From: Candidatus Bathyarchaeia archaeon
GTDB lineage: Archaea > Thermoproteota > Bathyarchaeia > 40CM-2-53-6
Length of the DNA: 51,740 nucleotides
Direction: 5' to 3'
NCBI GenBank assembly: GCA_049517415.1
Contig: JBEKSC010000020.1
Span: 1 to 51,740 of the forward strand
Both the position numbers and the translations under genes were made by a program. The notes beneath the pieces were generated by a model. That model was not told the origin of the DNA. It saw nothing but the letters and a program-made list of their open reading frames with translations, and made no database searches. Positions 28,690-38,165 of this stretch are shown here, piece by piece (the stretch's first letter is position 1; every line of letters starts with the position of its first letter).

Positions 28690-29229
28690 TCACGGATGCC
28701 ATTCCACTTCTGGCTTCTTCTCTCGATGGTTGACCGCACGGGCGAGTATGAACAGCAGATCGGATAATCTGTTAATATAAGGTAACATTAGGTCGCTGAC
28801 CTTCTCAGCCTTGCTTAATGTGACTATACTTCTTTCGGCACGTCTCGCAACAGTTCTTGAGAAGTGTAGGATTGAGCCAGCCGGGCCACCGCCTGGGAGA
28901 ATGAAGGCTTTCAATGGGGGAAGTTCGTCTTGTAATCGGTCGATTATTCTCTCGAGTTCGGCTATTCTCTCTTTCGTGATTCGCGGAACCCTGTCGTGGC
29001 TCTCTTTTGAGGCGAGGTCCGCACCGGCCACAAACAGATCCTGTTGAAGGCCTTCTAAGATCGTATCAAGCTCCCTATCATTCAAGAAGGATCGAACCAA
29101 ACCGAGCACGGAATTGAGCTCATCGACGTTACCATAGGCTTCTACGCGGAGCGAATCCTTCGGAACCCGCCCCCCTCCTACGAGGCCTGTCTCACCTTTG
29201 TCTCCTGTTCGAGTGTATATCCTCGCCAA
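28690..29229 (-). CDS. pduO: PduO-type ATP:cob(I)alamin adenosyltransferase
   Basis: IYTRTGDKGETGL, EAYGNVDELNS, FILPGG, RTVARRAER and NRLSDLLF motifs. Start moved to TTG 29229. Confidence 0.9.
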   Translation of the reverse strand: MARIYTRTGDKGETGLVGGGRVPKDSLRVEAYGNVDELNSVLGLVRSFLNDRELDTILEGLQQDLFVAGADLASKESHDRVPRITKERIAELERIIDRLQDELPPLKAFILPGGGPAGSILHFSRTVARRAERSIVTLSKAEKVSDLMLPYINRLSDLLFILARAVNHREKKPEVEWHP

Positions 29230-29303
29230 TTCCGAATACACGCAGTAAATGAAGCAAGACAACAATTTAGAGGCGTTGGTATGTAATTACTGCGGCGAAG
29301 GGA

Positions 29304-30179
29304 TTGAGGATCGGCGTACTCCTAGACGAGCCGACGATCATACCAGGATTTGACTACACATTCTACGAGGTGAAACCATCAAGCGGGAGAATCAACCAGC
29401 CGCTTCCGCAAGCGTGGAATGTCGTAAACTGTTTCGCCGATAACACGATCACTCAAACCAAACCTGAACTTGTCGCAACTTCGAAAGGAGAGCGAGCAAT
29501 GAGGGGGACGCCTAAGCGTTTCCTCTGGGATTGGATTTGCCCTAGCCGGACTGAATACCGCGACTACTGCTTGAAGACCATTCAAGATGTTGCGCGGCAC
29601 AACGATGTTGCGGGGATTCGCTTGGATAGCGTGTGTTTTCCACGAGAAGGCTACTGTGATTGCTCGATTTGCAGGGAGCTAAGCGCGAAAAGCGGGATGG
29701 ATTTCTTTGAATGGCGGGCTGATCAAATCGAATCCTTCGTTCGAACGGTGCGCGAGAGCATAACGTGCGGATTAGGCCTAACATTGGAACCGGACCCTTG
29801 CTACGGAAAGGAAAGATTCGGTTTGGACTTAGAAAGAGTAGCTGAGTATGTTGACTTCATTTCCACACCACTCTACATGGACTACTCGATTGTCTATTGG
29901 CTGGACATAATTGCGAATTGTTTCCGCCGAAAAATATCGAAGCCGTATTTCATCGAACTCTACGCGGGACATCCGAGAGCTCCCACGAAGCATCTTATGT
30001 CTGCGTTAGCTGTGGCCTCGGGATACGCCGACTGCATCGTTCTTTCAACCTATGAGACTAAGATCGCAAGGAGTCTGCAAGAGGAATTGGTTCGAGAAGA
30101 GCAAGTGACGGCCTTTTTCAAAGAGCGTGAATGCACCGAAATGATAGAGCTTCTACACCGATGGCGGAAGATTGTATGA
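29304..30179 (+). CDS. hypothetical protein, glycoside-hydrolase-like TIM barrel (GHL/DUF187-like) with CxCxxC
   Basis: WICPS...YR, GIRLD, YCDCSIC, EWRADQI and VDFISTPLY resemble GHL-type barrels; no signal peptide. Confidence 0.55.
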   Translation: MRIGVLLDEPTIIPGFDYTFYEVKPSSGRINQPLPQAWNVVNCFADNTITQTKPELVATSKGERAMRGTPKRFLWDWICPSRTEYRDYCLKTIQDVARHNDVAGIRLDSVCFPREGYCDCSICRELSAKSGMDFFEWRADQIESFVRTVRESITCGLGLTLEPDPCYGKERFGLDLERVAEYVDFISTPLYMDYSIVYWLDIIANCFRRKISKPYFIELYAGHPRAPTKHLMSALAVASGYADCIVLSTYETKIARSLQEELVREEQVTAFFKERECTEMIELLHRWRKIV

Positions 30180-30226
30180 AACTACAGGCACCGAACCCTT
30201 CGACGTGCATTTTTGTACGCTGTAGC

Positions 30227-30234
30227 TTTAAATA
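30227..30234 (+). promoter_or_regulatory. TATA box (TTTAAATA) of the trp operon
   Basis: Near-consensus archaeal TATA box, implying a TSS near 30255-30259. Confidence 0.7.
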
Positions 30235-30253
30235 AAGCATTGATGTCAATTGC

Positions 30254-31690
30254 GTGGCACCGCGATATTCGGGGAAGAAAAAATGGGGTATAGCCTTTGG
30301 GCGGCCTGCCCAGCAACTAAAGACGCAAACAGAACATAGGCTAAAGCTCCAGAAATTCCGGTACTCAACAAACCCCGTACAAACATTTCTTGCACTTAGT
30401 CATCAGAGCGAATACTGTTACCTCCTCGAATCTGCTGAGGGCCCAAGGAAACTCGCGCAATATTCTTTCATTGGCTTCTCCCCTGAAAAAATCGTTGAGG
30501 TGAAGGATGGCCGCTACACCGAAACGATCCCCGGAGATGCATCCACCACCATTCAGATAGACGACCCTTATCTCCCGCTGCGGAAGACGCTGGCCGAAAA
30601 CTTCACAACGTATCATGGGTTCCGGTTCGTAGGAGGCTTGGTAGGCTACTTCTCCTACGATGCAATTCGCTATCTGGAATCGATACCTACTCAAGCTCGC
30701 GATGATCTGAAACTTCCAGATTTCGAATTCGGAGTCTACGATGATGGGATCGTATTCGACCACCTGAACGGCCAGGCTTACTATTACTGGTACAACAATG
30801 ACAGGTTGAAAGAGATTGAACGACTTCTCCACCAAAGGATAACGCCAACAAATCTAGCCTCTGACCGACTGAGAGTAAACCTAAGGCAACAAGAATTCGA
30901 ATCAAAGGTGGACGAAGCGAAGAAGTACATTAGAGCTGGAGACATATTCCAAGTCGTACTTTCAAAACGCCTCGAGTTCGCTTTCAAAGGCGACCTACTC
31001 AATTTCTACAAGGCATTACGCGAGATCAACCCCTCCCCATACATGTACTTCCTCAAAATGAAAGACCGAGCATTAGTCGGCTCAAGCCCTGAGATGCTTG
31101 GAAGAGTCGACAAAGGCCGCGCGGAAACATTTCCAATAGCAGGAACGCGCCCCGTGGGAGCAAACAGCGAAGAAGACAGTCGATTGGCGGACGAGCTATT
31201 GAGTGACCCAAAGGAACGAGCTGAGCACATTATGCTGATAGACCTTGCCAGGAACGACCTTGGAAAAGTTTGCCAGTTCGGGACGGTTGAAGTTCCAGAG
31301 TTCATGGTGGTCCAAAGGTACAGCCACGTTCAACACATAGTTTCGCGGGTTTCAGGTCAACTTCAACCGGGTTGCGACTCGCTCGACACATTCAAAGGAA
31401 TCTTCCCGGCCGGAACAGTGTCTGGAGCGCCGAAAAAAAGAGCGATGGAAATCATAGAGGAACTGGAACCGACTAGGAGAGGACCGTATGCTGGGGCAGC
31501 AGGTTACTTCTCGTACAACGGCAACGCTGATTTTGCAATAACGATACGGACGCTAGTCGCCAATGGAAATATGGCCTACATACAAGCCGGGGCAGGGATA
31601 GTCGCGGATTCACAACCTACACGAGAATGGTTTGAAACAGAACAAAAGGCCGAAGCCCTCGTTCACGCCTTGAAAGCCGGTGGGATATGA
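30254..31690 (+). CDS. trpE: anthranilate synthase component I; start uncertain (GTG 30254, or entry by +1 frameshift from the leader)
   Basis: [62 protein letters not shown] and AGAGIVADS motifs. Confidence 0.93.
   Translation: MAPRYSGKKKWGIAFGRPAQQLKTQTEHRLKLQKFRYSTNPVQTFLALSHQSEYCYLLESAEGPRKLAQYSFIGFSPEKIVEVKDGRYTETIPGDASTTIQIDDPYLPLRKTLAENFTTYHGFRFVGGLVGYFSYDAIRYLESIPTQARDDLKLPDFEFGVYDDGIVFDHLNGQAYYYWYNNDRLKEIERLLHQRITPTNLASDRLRVNLRQQEFESKVDEAKKYIRAGDIFQVVLSKRLEFAFKGDLLNFYKALREINPSPYMYFLKMKDRALVGSSPEMLGRVDKGRAETFPIAGTRPVGANSEEDSRLADELLSDPKERAEHIMLIDLARNDLGKVCQFGTVEVPEFMVVQRYSHVQHIVSRVSGQLQPGCDSLDTFKGIFPAGTVSGAPKKRAMEIIEELEPTRRGPYAGAAGYFSYNGNADFAITIRTLVANGNMAYIQAGAGIVADSQPTREWFETEQKAEALVHALKAGGI
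30283..30339 (+). CDS. trp leader peptide (uORF), 18 aa: [18 protein letters not shown], with a CTT-TGG-G candidate +1 shift site
   Basis: ATG 30283 preceded by GGGG at 30271-30274; TAG at 30337-30339; single Trp codon at 30298-30300 directly after CTT. trpE is in its +1 frame. Confidence 0.75.
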   Translation: MGYSLWAACPATKDANRT

Positions 31691-31691
31691 A

Positions 31692-32273
31692 ATGAAAGTC
31701 TTGATAGTAGATAATTTCGATTCGTTCGTATACAACCTCGCGCAGTACGTAGGCCAACTAGGAGCCGAACCTATCGTCTGCAGAAATAATCAGATCACTC
31801 TGCGCCAAGTGGAAGAACTAGGACCCGACCGAATCATACTCTCGCCTGGCCCAGGTAGACCTGAGAACCGGAAATATTTCGGAATCTGCTTGGATATAAT
31901 AAAGAAGCTAAGCCCCGGCGTCCCCACGCTCGGCGTATGTCTAGGGCATCAAGGCATAGCGTACGCATTTGGCGGGTCAATAGTGCCCGCGAAACGCTTG
32001 ATGCATGGAAAAACTAGTTTGATTGAACATGAAAGCGACGGCTTGTTCAAAGCTGTTGAGAACCCGCTCCGGGCGACCAGGTACCATTCCCTAGTTTGCG
32101 AAAGAAAGAGCTTTCCAAAGTGCTTGGAAGAGACCGCAACATCGATCGACGATCGCGAGATCATGGGATTTCGGCATCGAAAGTATCCGATCTATGGTGT
32201 CCAGTTCCACCCCGAATCCATTCTGACTTCTGAGGGCCTAAAGATTATCAAAAATTTCCTAGAGAGATCCTGA
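31692..32273 (+). CDS. trpG: anthranilate synthase component II (glutamine amidotransferase)
   Basis: DNFDSFVYNL, SPGPG, GVCLGHQ, RYHSL and QFHPES motifs. Start placed at ATG 31692. Confidence 0.95.
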   Translation: MKVLIVDNFDSFVYNLAQYVGQLGAEPIVCRNNQITLRQVEELGPDRIILSPGPGRPENRKYFGICLDIIKKLSPGVPTLGVCLGHQGIAYAFGGSIVPAKRLMHGKTSLIEHESDGLFKAVENPLRATRYHSLVCERKSFPKCLEETATSIDDREIMGFRHRKYPIYGVQFHPESILTSEGLKIIKNFLERS

Positions 32274-32275
32274 AA

Positions 32276-33337
32276 ATGATCAGGGAAGCTATTCAACTGT
32301 TAGTGGACCGAAATGACTTGCCATTCGAACTCGCGCAGCAATCCATGCGAGAGATCATGGCAGGCGAAGCAACACCATCTCAAACTGGAGCCTTTCTAAC
32401 ATCGCTTAGGATGAAAGGAGAAAATATCGACGAGATAACCGCCCTAGCAATGGTAATGCGAGAAAATGCAGTTCGAATCAACCCCCATGTCAACGGAAGG
32501 ACTGTTGATACCTGCGGGACTGGTGGAGACCGACTAAAAACATTCAACGTGAGTACTGGTGCGGCACTTGTCGCGTCCGGCGCAGGAGTGCCCATCGCAA
32601 AGCATGGCAACCGTTCGGTCACAAGCAAATGCGGGAGCGCGGACGTTCTGGAAGCGGTTGGAGTCAACCTAAACGTACCACCATTAGTGGTCCAGAAATC
32701 GATAGAACAAGTAGGAATCGGTTTCATGTTCGCGCCTGCATTCCATCCAGCAATGAAAAACGCAATCGTCCCACGTAGGGAAATAGGAATACGAACAGTC
32801 TTCAACATTCTCGGACCCCTCACAAACCCAGCCAACGCAAACGCGCAAGTGCTAGGAGTCTATGATTCAAGCCTCGTCGAACCGATGGCGAAAGTGCTGC
32901 ACAAACTCGGTACCGAAGAAGCCATAGTAGCGCACGGGGTGGATGGCTTAGATGAAATATCAACTATAGGCAAAACGAAACTCGCGTGGTTGAAAGACGG
33001 ACAGACCACAACAAAGGAGATTACCCCGCAAGATCTGAACCTCAAACAGGCGCGGCCAAGCGAAATCTCCAGTTTCGACGTTGACGAGAGCGCGAAGCTC
33101 CTGGTAAACATACTCAACGGGACAGAGGACAAACAATCTACACGACTTGAAATGGTTCTTGCAAACGCTGCAGCTGCTATAGTTATTGGCGAAAAGGCCG
33201 ACGACTTGGCCTCGGGCGTAGAAGTCGGACGTGAAGCAATAGCAAGTGGAAGGGCCTACGGCAAGCTCAAGGCGCTAATTGAATGCACAAACGGCGATGT
33301 CTCTAGACTTGAAAGGATAGAATCACAAAATGCCTAG
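32276..33337 (+). CDS. trpD: anthranilate phosphoribosyltransferase
   Basis: DTCGTGGD, FNVST, KHGNRS, GSADVLE, RTVFNILGPLTNP and DGLDE motifs. Confidence 0.95.
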   Translation: MIREAIQLLVDRNDLPFELAQQSMREIMAGEATPSQTGAFLTSLRMKGENIDEITALAMVMRENAVRINPHVNGRTVDTCGTGGDRLKTFNVSTGAALVASGAGVPIAKHGNRSVTSKCGSADVLEAVGVNLNVPPLVVQKSIEQVGIGFMFAPAFHPAMKNAIVPRREIGIRTVFNILGPLTNPANANAQVLGVYDSSLVEPMAKVLHKLGTEEAIVAHGVDGLDEISTIGKTKLAWLKDGQTTTKEITPQDLNLKQARPSEISSFDVDESAKLLVNILNGTEDKQSTRLEMVLANAAAAIVIGEKADDLASGVEVGREAIASGRAYGKLKALIECTNGDVSRLERIESQNA

Positions 33338-34106
33338 TCTATTAACAAAGTTGATTGAAGATGCCGAAAGAAGAGTCGGCACAGGCTACTACGATATCAG
33401 AGAGACCGTCGAGCACGAAACCGTCAGCCTTAGACAAGTACTCAAATCGTCTCACAGGAACGCCATAATAGCTGAGATTAAACCGATCTCCCCCGCCCTC
33501 GGTCCACTCCGTCCAAGCATGGATCCAGTTGATGCGGCAATCAAGCTTGCCAAGGGTGGCGCAGTTGCTTTATCCGTCCTAACGGAACCGGACAACTTCG
33601 GCGGAAAAATAGAGACCCTTCGACGAATTAGACGAAGCGTAGACCTACCGCTGCTCATGAAAGACATAATCATTCACAGGTCACAGATTCATGCGGGCAA
33701 GAAATCGGGAGCCGACTGCATCCTCCTCATCGAATCAGTTTTCTCAGCACATCCCACACCCTCCATGCAAGGCCTGATTCATGAAGCACACCAAGAACAA
33801 CTGGAAGTAGTTCTCGAAGTCCACAGCGAAGACGAACTGCAAAAAGCTCTTGAAAGTGAAGCGGACATTATCGGTGTAAATAACCGAAATCTTGCGACAT
33901 TAGAAACCGACATAAACACAACCGCACGACTAGTAGGCAGGATCAATCAAAGGGCTGGAAAGGCCATCATAAGCGAGAGCGGGTTCGAGAACGCGAATGA
34001 CATTCGCAAATTGAAAACAGCAACAGTGGATGGATACTTGATAGGTTCTTCAATTATGCTCTCAGAAAATTTGGAAACTAAAGTTCGTGAGTTCGTGCTC
34101 GCATAA
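33330..34106 (+). CDS. trpC: indole-3-glycerol phosphate synthase
   Basis: IIAEIK.SP, SVLTEP..FGG, KD, GADCILLI, EVH, IGVNNRNL and ISESG motifs. Confidence 0.93.
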   Translation: MPSLLTKLIEDAERRVGTGYYDIRETVEHETVSLRQVLKSSHRNAIIAEIKPISPALGPLRPSMDPVDAAIKLAKGGAVALSVLTEPDNFGGKIETLRRIRRSVDLPLLMKDIIIHRSQIHAGKKSGADCILLIESVFSAHPTPSMQGLIHEAHQEQLEVVLEVHSEDELQKALESEADIIGVNNRNLATLETDINTTARLVGRINQRAGKAIISESGFENANDIRKLKTATVDGYLIGSSIMLSENLETKVREFVLA

Positions 34107-34117
34107 GGAATTTTGCT

Positions 34118-34762
34118 ATGAGAGTCAAGATTTGTGGTTTAATGCGACCGGAGGATGTACGGACCGCCTTGGACAGCGGCGCAGATGCTCTTGGTTTCGT
34201 AGTATCGAGCCCTTCCTCGCCAAGAAACCTGTCGCTGAACGCGGCACACGGATTAATGAAAAACGTTCCAGTCTTCGCAACGAAAGTGGCGGTTACCTCC
34301 GCGAATGACACGAAAACTGTCGCCAAGATCTGTTCCAAGCTAAAGCCCGATGCACTTCAACTTCATCGATACCAACAACAACTTGTAGGATTGATCAGGC
34401 GCAAACACCCTCAAACTAAACTTATCCTAGCCAAGGCTATCCGGGATCGTGCCTCTCTGGAACTAGCAAGTTGGATTTCAAGAGAATCGGACGCGGTTTT
34501 GGCCGATTCACCAAGCCTCAGCGGAATGGGCGGTACAGGCCGAACCCATGACTGGCACCTCACAGCCACCGTCCGAAATAGAATATACCCACATCCACTA
34601 ATCCTAGCGGGAGGACTAACACCAATCAACGTTCAACAGGCTATCAGGAAAGTCAGGCCCTTCGCCGTCGATGTCTCAAGCGGCGTCGAAAAGACGATTG
34701 GAGTGAAAGACCGCAATAAGATTCGTAACTTTATCAAAAAAGCAAAGGAGAACGTAGATTGA
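34118..34762 (+). CDS. trpF: phosphoribosylanthranilate isomerase
   Basis: [31 protein letters not shown] and VDVSSGVE motifs. Confidence 0.95.
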   Translation: MRVKICGLMRPEDVRTALDSGADALGFVVSSPSSPRNLSLNAAHGLMKNVPVFATKVAVTSANDTKTVAKICSKLKPDALQLHRYQQQLVGLIRRKHPQTKLILAKAIRDRASLELASWISRESDAVLADSPSLSGMGGTGRTHDWHLTATVRNRIYPHPLILAGGLTPINVQQAIRKVRPFAVDVSSGVEKTIGVKDRNKIRNFIKKAKENVD

Positions 34763-35958
34763 CCAATCAACATTCCAAACCTGTGGATGGCAAATTCGGG
34801 AAATTTGGTGGCCGTTATGTCCCGGAAACTTTGATGAGCGCTCTTATCGAGCTGGAAGAAGAATACACTCGGCTAAAGAATGATCCCGAATTCAAATCCC
34901 AACTTGAGTATCTCCTAAGAGAATTCGCAGGCCGACCAACGCCCCTGTATTACGCTGCGAACTTGACACGAAAGGCGGGAGGCGCGAAGATCTACATCAA
35001 ACGCGAGGACTTGGCACATGGGGGAGCACACAAGATCAATAATACGATTGGGCAGGCGCTCCTCGCGAAAGGAATGGGCAAGGAGCGAGTCATAGCCGAG
35101 ACTGGGGCGGGCCAACATGGGGTCGCAAGCGCAATCGCTTGTGCCGCGCTAGGTCTGAAATGCGAAGTTTACATGGGCTCAGAGGATGTGGAAAGGCAGA
35201 AGCTGAACGTCTTCCGCATGAACCTTCTAGGGACAAAGGTTCACACTGTCCATTCAGGGTCGAAGACACTCAAAGATGCGATAAATGAGGCCTTTAGAGA
35301 CTGGGTAACAAACGTTGAGAACACCTACTATTTACTGGGCTCCGTCGTAGGCCCACACCCATACCCGACTTTGGTTAGGGATTTTCAAAGCGTCATTGGC
35401 CTCGAAATTAAGGAGCAGATCCTGCGGAAAGAAGGACGCCTTCCAGATGCGATAGTTGCATGCGTAGGAGGAGGGAGCAACTCGATTGGTGCGTTCTACC
35501 CATTCATCGCTGACACGCAAGTAGGCTTGTATGGTGTTGAAGCAGGCGGCCTAGGCTTAGAGTCTGGAAAACATGCAGCGACATTGTGCGCTGGACAAGA
35601 AGGCGTCTTTCATGGGATGCTCACTTACATACTCCAAGATGAAGATGGCCAAATAGAATCAACCCACAGCATCTCCGCTGGCCTCGACTATCCTGGAGTT
35701 GGCCCAGAACACGCGTACCTTAAGGCTACTGGCCGGGCTCATTACACTTCGGCAACTGATCAACAGGCCTTAGAAGCCTTCACGGAGTTAAGTAGACTTG
35801 AGGGCATTATACCGGCCCTCGAATCTGCACACGCAGTACATTATGCGGTCATTCTAGCATCCAAGATGCGCCGAGACCAGCTCGTGGTGATTAACCTGTC
35901 AGGACGCGGGGACAAGGACGTCAATGTCGTCGCGAAGAGTTTAGGCGTAAAGATTTGA
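34759..35958 (+). CDS. trpB: tryptophan synthase beta chain (TrpB1 type)
   Basis: [23 protein letters not shown] (PLP Lys), [29 protein letters not shown] and NLSGRGDKD motifs. Confidence 0.96.
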   Translation: MTNQHSKPVDGKFGKFGGRYVPETLMSALIELEEEYTRLKNDPEFKSQLEYLLREFAGRPTPLYYAANLTRKAGGAKIYIKREDLAHGGAHKINNTIGQALLAKGMGKERVIAETGAGQHGVASAIACAALGLKCEVYMGSEDVERQKLNVFRMNLLGTKVHTVHSGSKTLKDAINEAFRDWVTNVENTYYLLGSVVGPHPYPTLVRDFQSVIGLEIKEQILRKEGRLPDAIVACVGGGSNSIGAFYPFIADTQVGLYGVEAGGLGLESGKHAATLCAGQEGVFHGMLTYILQDEDGQIESTHSISAGLDYPGVGPEHAYLKATGRAHYTSATDQQALEAFTELSRLEGIIPALESAHAVHYAVILASKMRRDQLVVINLSGRGDKDVNVVAKSLGVKI

Positions 35959-36770
35959 TGAGAATCTCAGAATCATTCGCTCAACTGAAGAAGAAAGGCG
36001 AAGGTGCACTCATTGCATACCTGACAGTAGGTTACCCGACCCTGAAACAGACTCCACGCCTAATAGGGGCCATGATCGAAGGCGGAGCAGACATCATCGA
36101 ACTCGGCATCCCCTTTTCGGATCCGATTGCGGATGGGCCTACGATTCAAGCCGCTGTCATGCGTTCCTTGGCGAGCGGAACTAAGCCACTTGATGCTTTG
36201 GAGATAGCTCGAGCAGTTCGTGAGAAGCATGATACGCCTCTGGTTCTGATGACTTACTTCAATCCTATCTACAGGGTTGGATTACAGAAATTCCTAAGCC
36301 TCGCCAAGAATTCCGGGATCTCCGGAATTATCGTCCCCGACCTTCCGGTAGAAGAATCGAAGGATTACAAGAAGGAATGCGTTGCAACCGACATTGACAC
36401 CATATTCTTGGCTTCGCCTTCAACTCATCCGGAGAGGCTTAAACAAATTCTGGCGCAAACTTCTGGTTACCTCTATCTGATTTCATTATACGGTGTGACA
36501 GGTGTCCGGTCAGAAGTCTCTCAGTCGGCGCTGGCCCTAATCAGGGAATATCGGGCCATTGTTGGAGGGTCCGTACCCCTCGCAGTAGGATTCGGAATTT
36601 CTAAAGCTGACCACGTAAGAGAAATGATCCACGCGGGAGCAGATGGAGCAATAGTGGGAAGCGCATTCGTGAAAATAATTGGCGAAAATTCGCGGAACAT
36701 GCCTCGTTCGCTCAAGAAATTGGAAAACTTCGTCAGGGCTATGAAGAAAGCAACAATAAAGGCCAAATGA
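35955..36770 (+). CDS. trpA: tryptophan synthase alpha chain
   Basis: [37 protein letters not shown] and ADGAIVGSA motifs. Confidence 0.96.
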   Translation: MMRISESFAQLKKKGEGALIAYLTVGYPTLKQTPRLIGAMIEGGADIIELGIPFSDPIADGPTIQAAVMRSLASGTKPLDALEIARAVREKHDTPLVLMTYFNPIYRVGLQKFLSLAKNSGISGIIVPDLPVEESKDYKKECVATDIDTIFLASPSTHPERLKQILAQTSGYLYLISLYGVTGVRSEVSQSALALIREYRAIVGGSVPLAVGFGISKADHVREMIHAGADGAIVGSAFVKIIGENSRNMPRSLKKLENFVRAMKKATIKAK

Positions 36771-36778
36771 GGTGCGAG

Positions 36779-37492
36779 TCATACAGCAATTGGCGAATCT
36801 AGGAAGCTACGAATTTTGAGAAAAACCGTGTCGAACATTGCTTCCGTCAGCTTACCCGTCTGAGTGTTCTGACGGCTTGGATGGTAAGACGCAGAAAGCG
36901 CCGGATAAGGTTCGGGAAGCGGGTAGAACGCCGCGTGGTGAAAACGCAGACCCTTCGTGTCTAGCCCCTTCTCCTTCAGAAGCCTGACGTAGGTGTCGAA
37001 TGCGACCCTTCCCAATGCTAATATGATCTTAACTTCGCTTAGGAGCCGCAGCTCCTGCGTCCAGTATCGTTTGCAGTTCCGAATCTCTGCGAGGGTTGGT
37101 TTGTTCTTGGGCGGAGCGCATCTAACAATCGCCGTCATGTATGCGCCACGAAGCTCAAGGCCGTCGTTGCGCCTGGTCGATGTGGGCTGATTAGAGAAGC
37201 CGTTTCGGTGCAAAGCAGCCATCAAAAATTGGGCTGAACCATCCCCCGTGAACATCCTCCCAGTCCGATTCCCGCCATGTGCAGCAGGAGCCAGACCGAG
37301 GATCAGGAGCTTAGCGTAGGGGTCTCCATAACCTGGCAGTGGCTTACCCCAGTAGTTCCAGTCAATGAATTGCTTGCGTTTCTTCTTTGCAACCAGTTTA
37401 CAGTATCGCCTTAGCCGTGGGCAGACTTCGCACGAGATGGCGGCTGAGTTTAGGCGACTAAGTGACTTGAATGATACCGGGCCTTCAGGCAA
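36779..37492 (-). CDS. uracil-DNA glycosylase family 5 (UdgB-like, 4Fe-4S)
   Basis: CEVCPRL, GLAPAAHGGNRTGRMFTGD, VRCAPPKNKP and YHPSRQN motifs. Confidence 0.92.
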   Translation of the reverse strand: MPEGPVSFKSLSRLNSAAISCEVCPRLRRYCKLVAKKKRKQFIDWNYWGKPLPGYGDPYAKLLILGLAPAAHGGNRTGRMFTGDGSAQFLMAALHRNGFSNQPTSTRRNDGLELRGAYMTAIVRCAPPKNKPTLAEIRNCKRYWTQELRLLSEVKIILALGRVAFDTYVRLLKEKGLDTKGLRFHHAAFYPLPEPYPALSASYHPSRQNTQTGKLTEAMFDTVFLKIRSFLDSPIAV

Positions 37493-37519
37493 AGCGTTGG
37501 CTGACCTGTAGAAACGCCT

Positions 37520-38011
37520 TCAGATATTCTCTCCGGGCAGGCTGGAGTTCACCGTTAGTCCTTGATGTTGATCGTCGCCAAAATACGTGAAGGTAACCGG
37601 CAGCGACCCAGTCCAATTAATTGGGAAATGAATTTCGAAATACCCATTCTGGTCAGTTGTTGAGACTTGGGTTTGGTATCCTCCATTTACGTAGTATTGT
37701 ACGTAGATTTGAGCTCCCACCACGGGTTGTCCAGATGTCGTGTCAAGATAACCCTTCACGCCAACGGCCAGCCCATTCTGGTTTATGGTGTTGATTGAGA
37801 CAAGCGTGACGATCTGCCCATGATTGGACAATGGCGTCGTGGGCAATTTGACGAAGGTTGAGGTTGGAACCAGCCATAACTGGCTCACTTTGCTTATGGT
37901 CACGAGAGACCACGCTGACACAAGAACGAGAATCACAAGAATAAGCAGAGCGACTATGCCCTTGACACTAAGGCGCCTTCTTCGAAGTCCCGCTTCATCA
38001 TTGCTAGCCAT
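37520..38011 (-). CDS. membrane-anchored Ig-like domain protein
   Basis: Basic RRRR followed by a TM helix, then GYLDT..GQPV.GAQI...TTDQNGYF...YFGD, a beta-sandwich pattern. Start placed at ATG 38011. Confidence 0.65.
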   Translation of the reverse strand: MASNDEAGLRRRRLSVKGIVALLILVILVLVSAWSLVTISKVSQLWLVPTSTFVKLPTTPLSNHGQIVTLVSINTINQNGLAVGVKGYLDTTSGQPVVGAQIYVQYYVNGGYQTQVSTTDQNGYFEIHFPINWTGSLPVTFTYFGDDQHQGLTVNSSLPGENI

Positions 38012-38165
38012 CGCAGTACACATCGACGGATTTGAAAATCGCTCTGCAAACGCCCCGATCAGAGTTAAAGTCTTTCCGGCGCTGAGGCGGCACCGGGTAA
38101 ATGGCCCTCGTTGAGCGCACAAATTTATCTATAGCGAACCGAATGCTCTGGCGGAGTTTACAAGA

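Noticed and set aside
30243..30293. Second Trp-containing u[19 protein letters not shown]
   Set aside because: Its ATG is only 8 nt after the TATA box, so it lies upstream of the expected TSS. It would matter only on read-through transcripts from the upstream gene.
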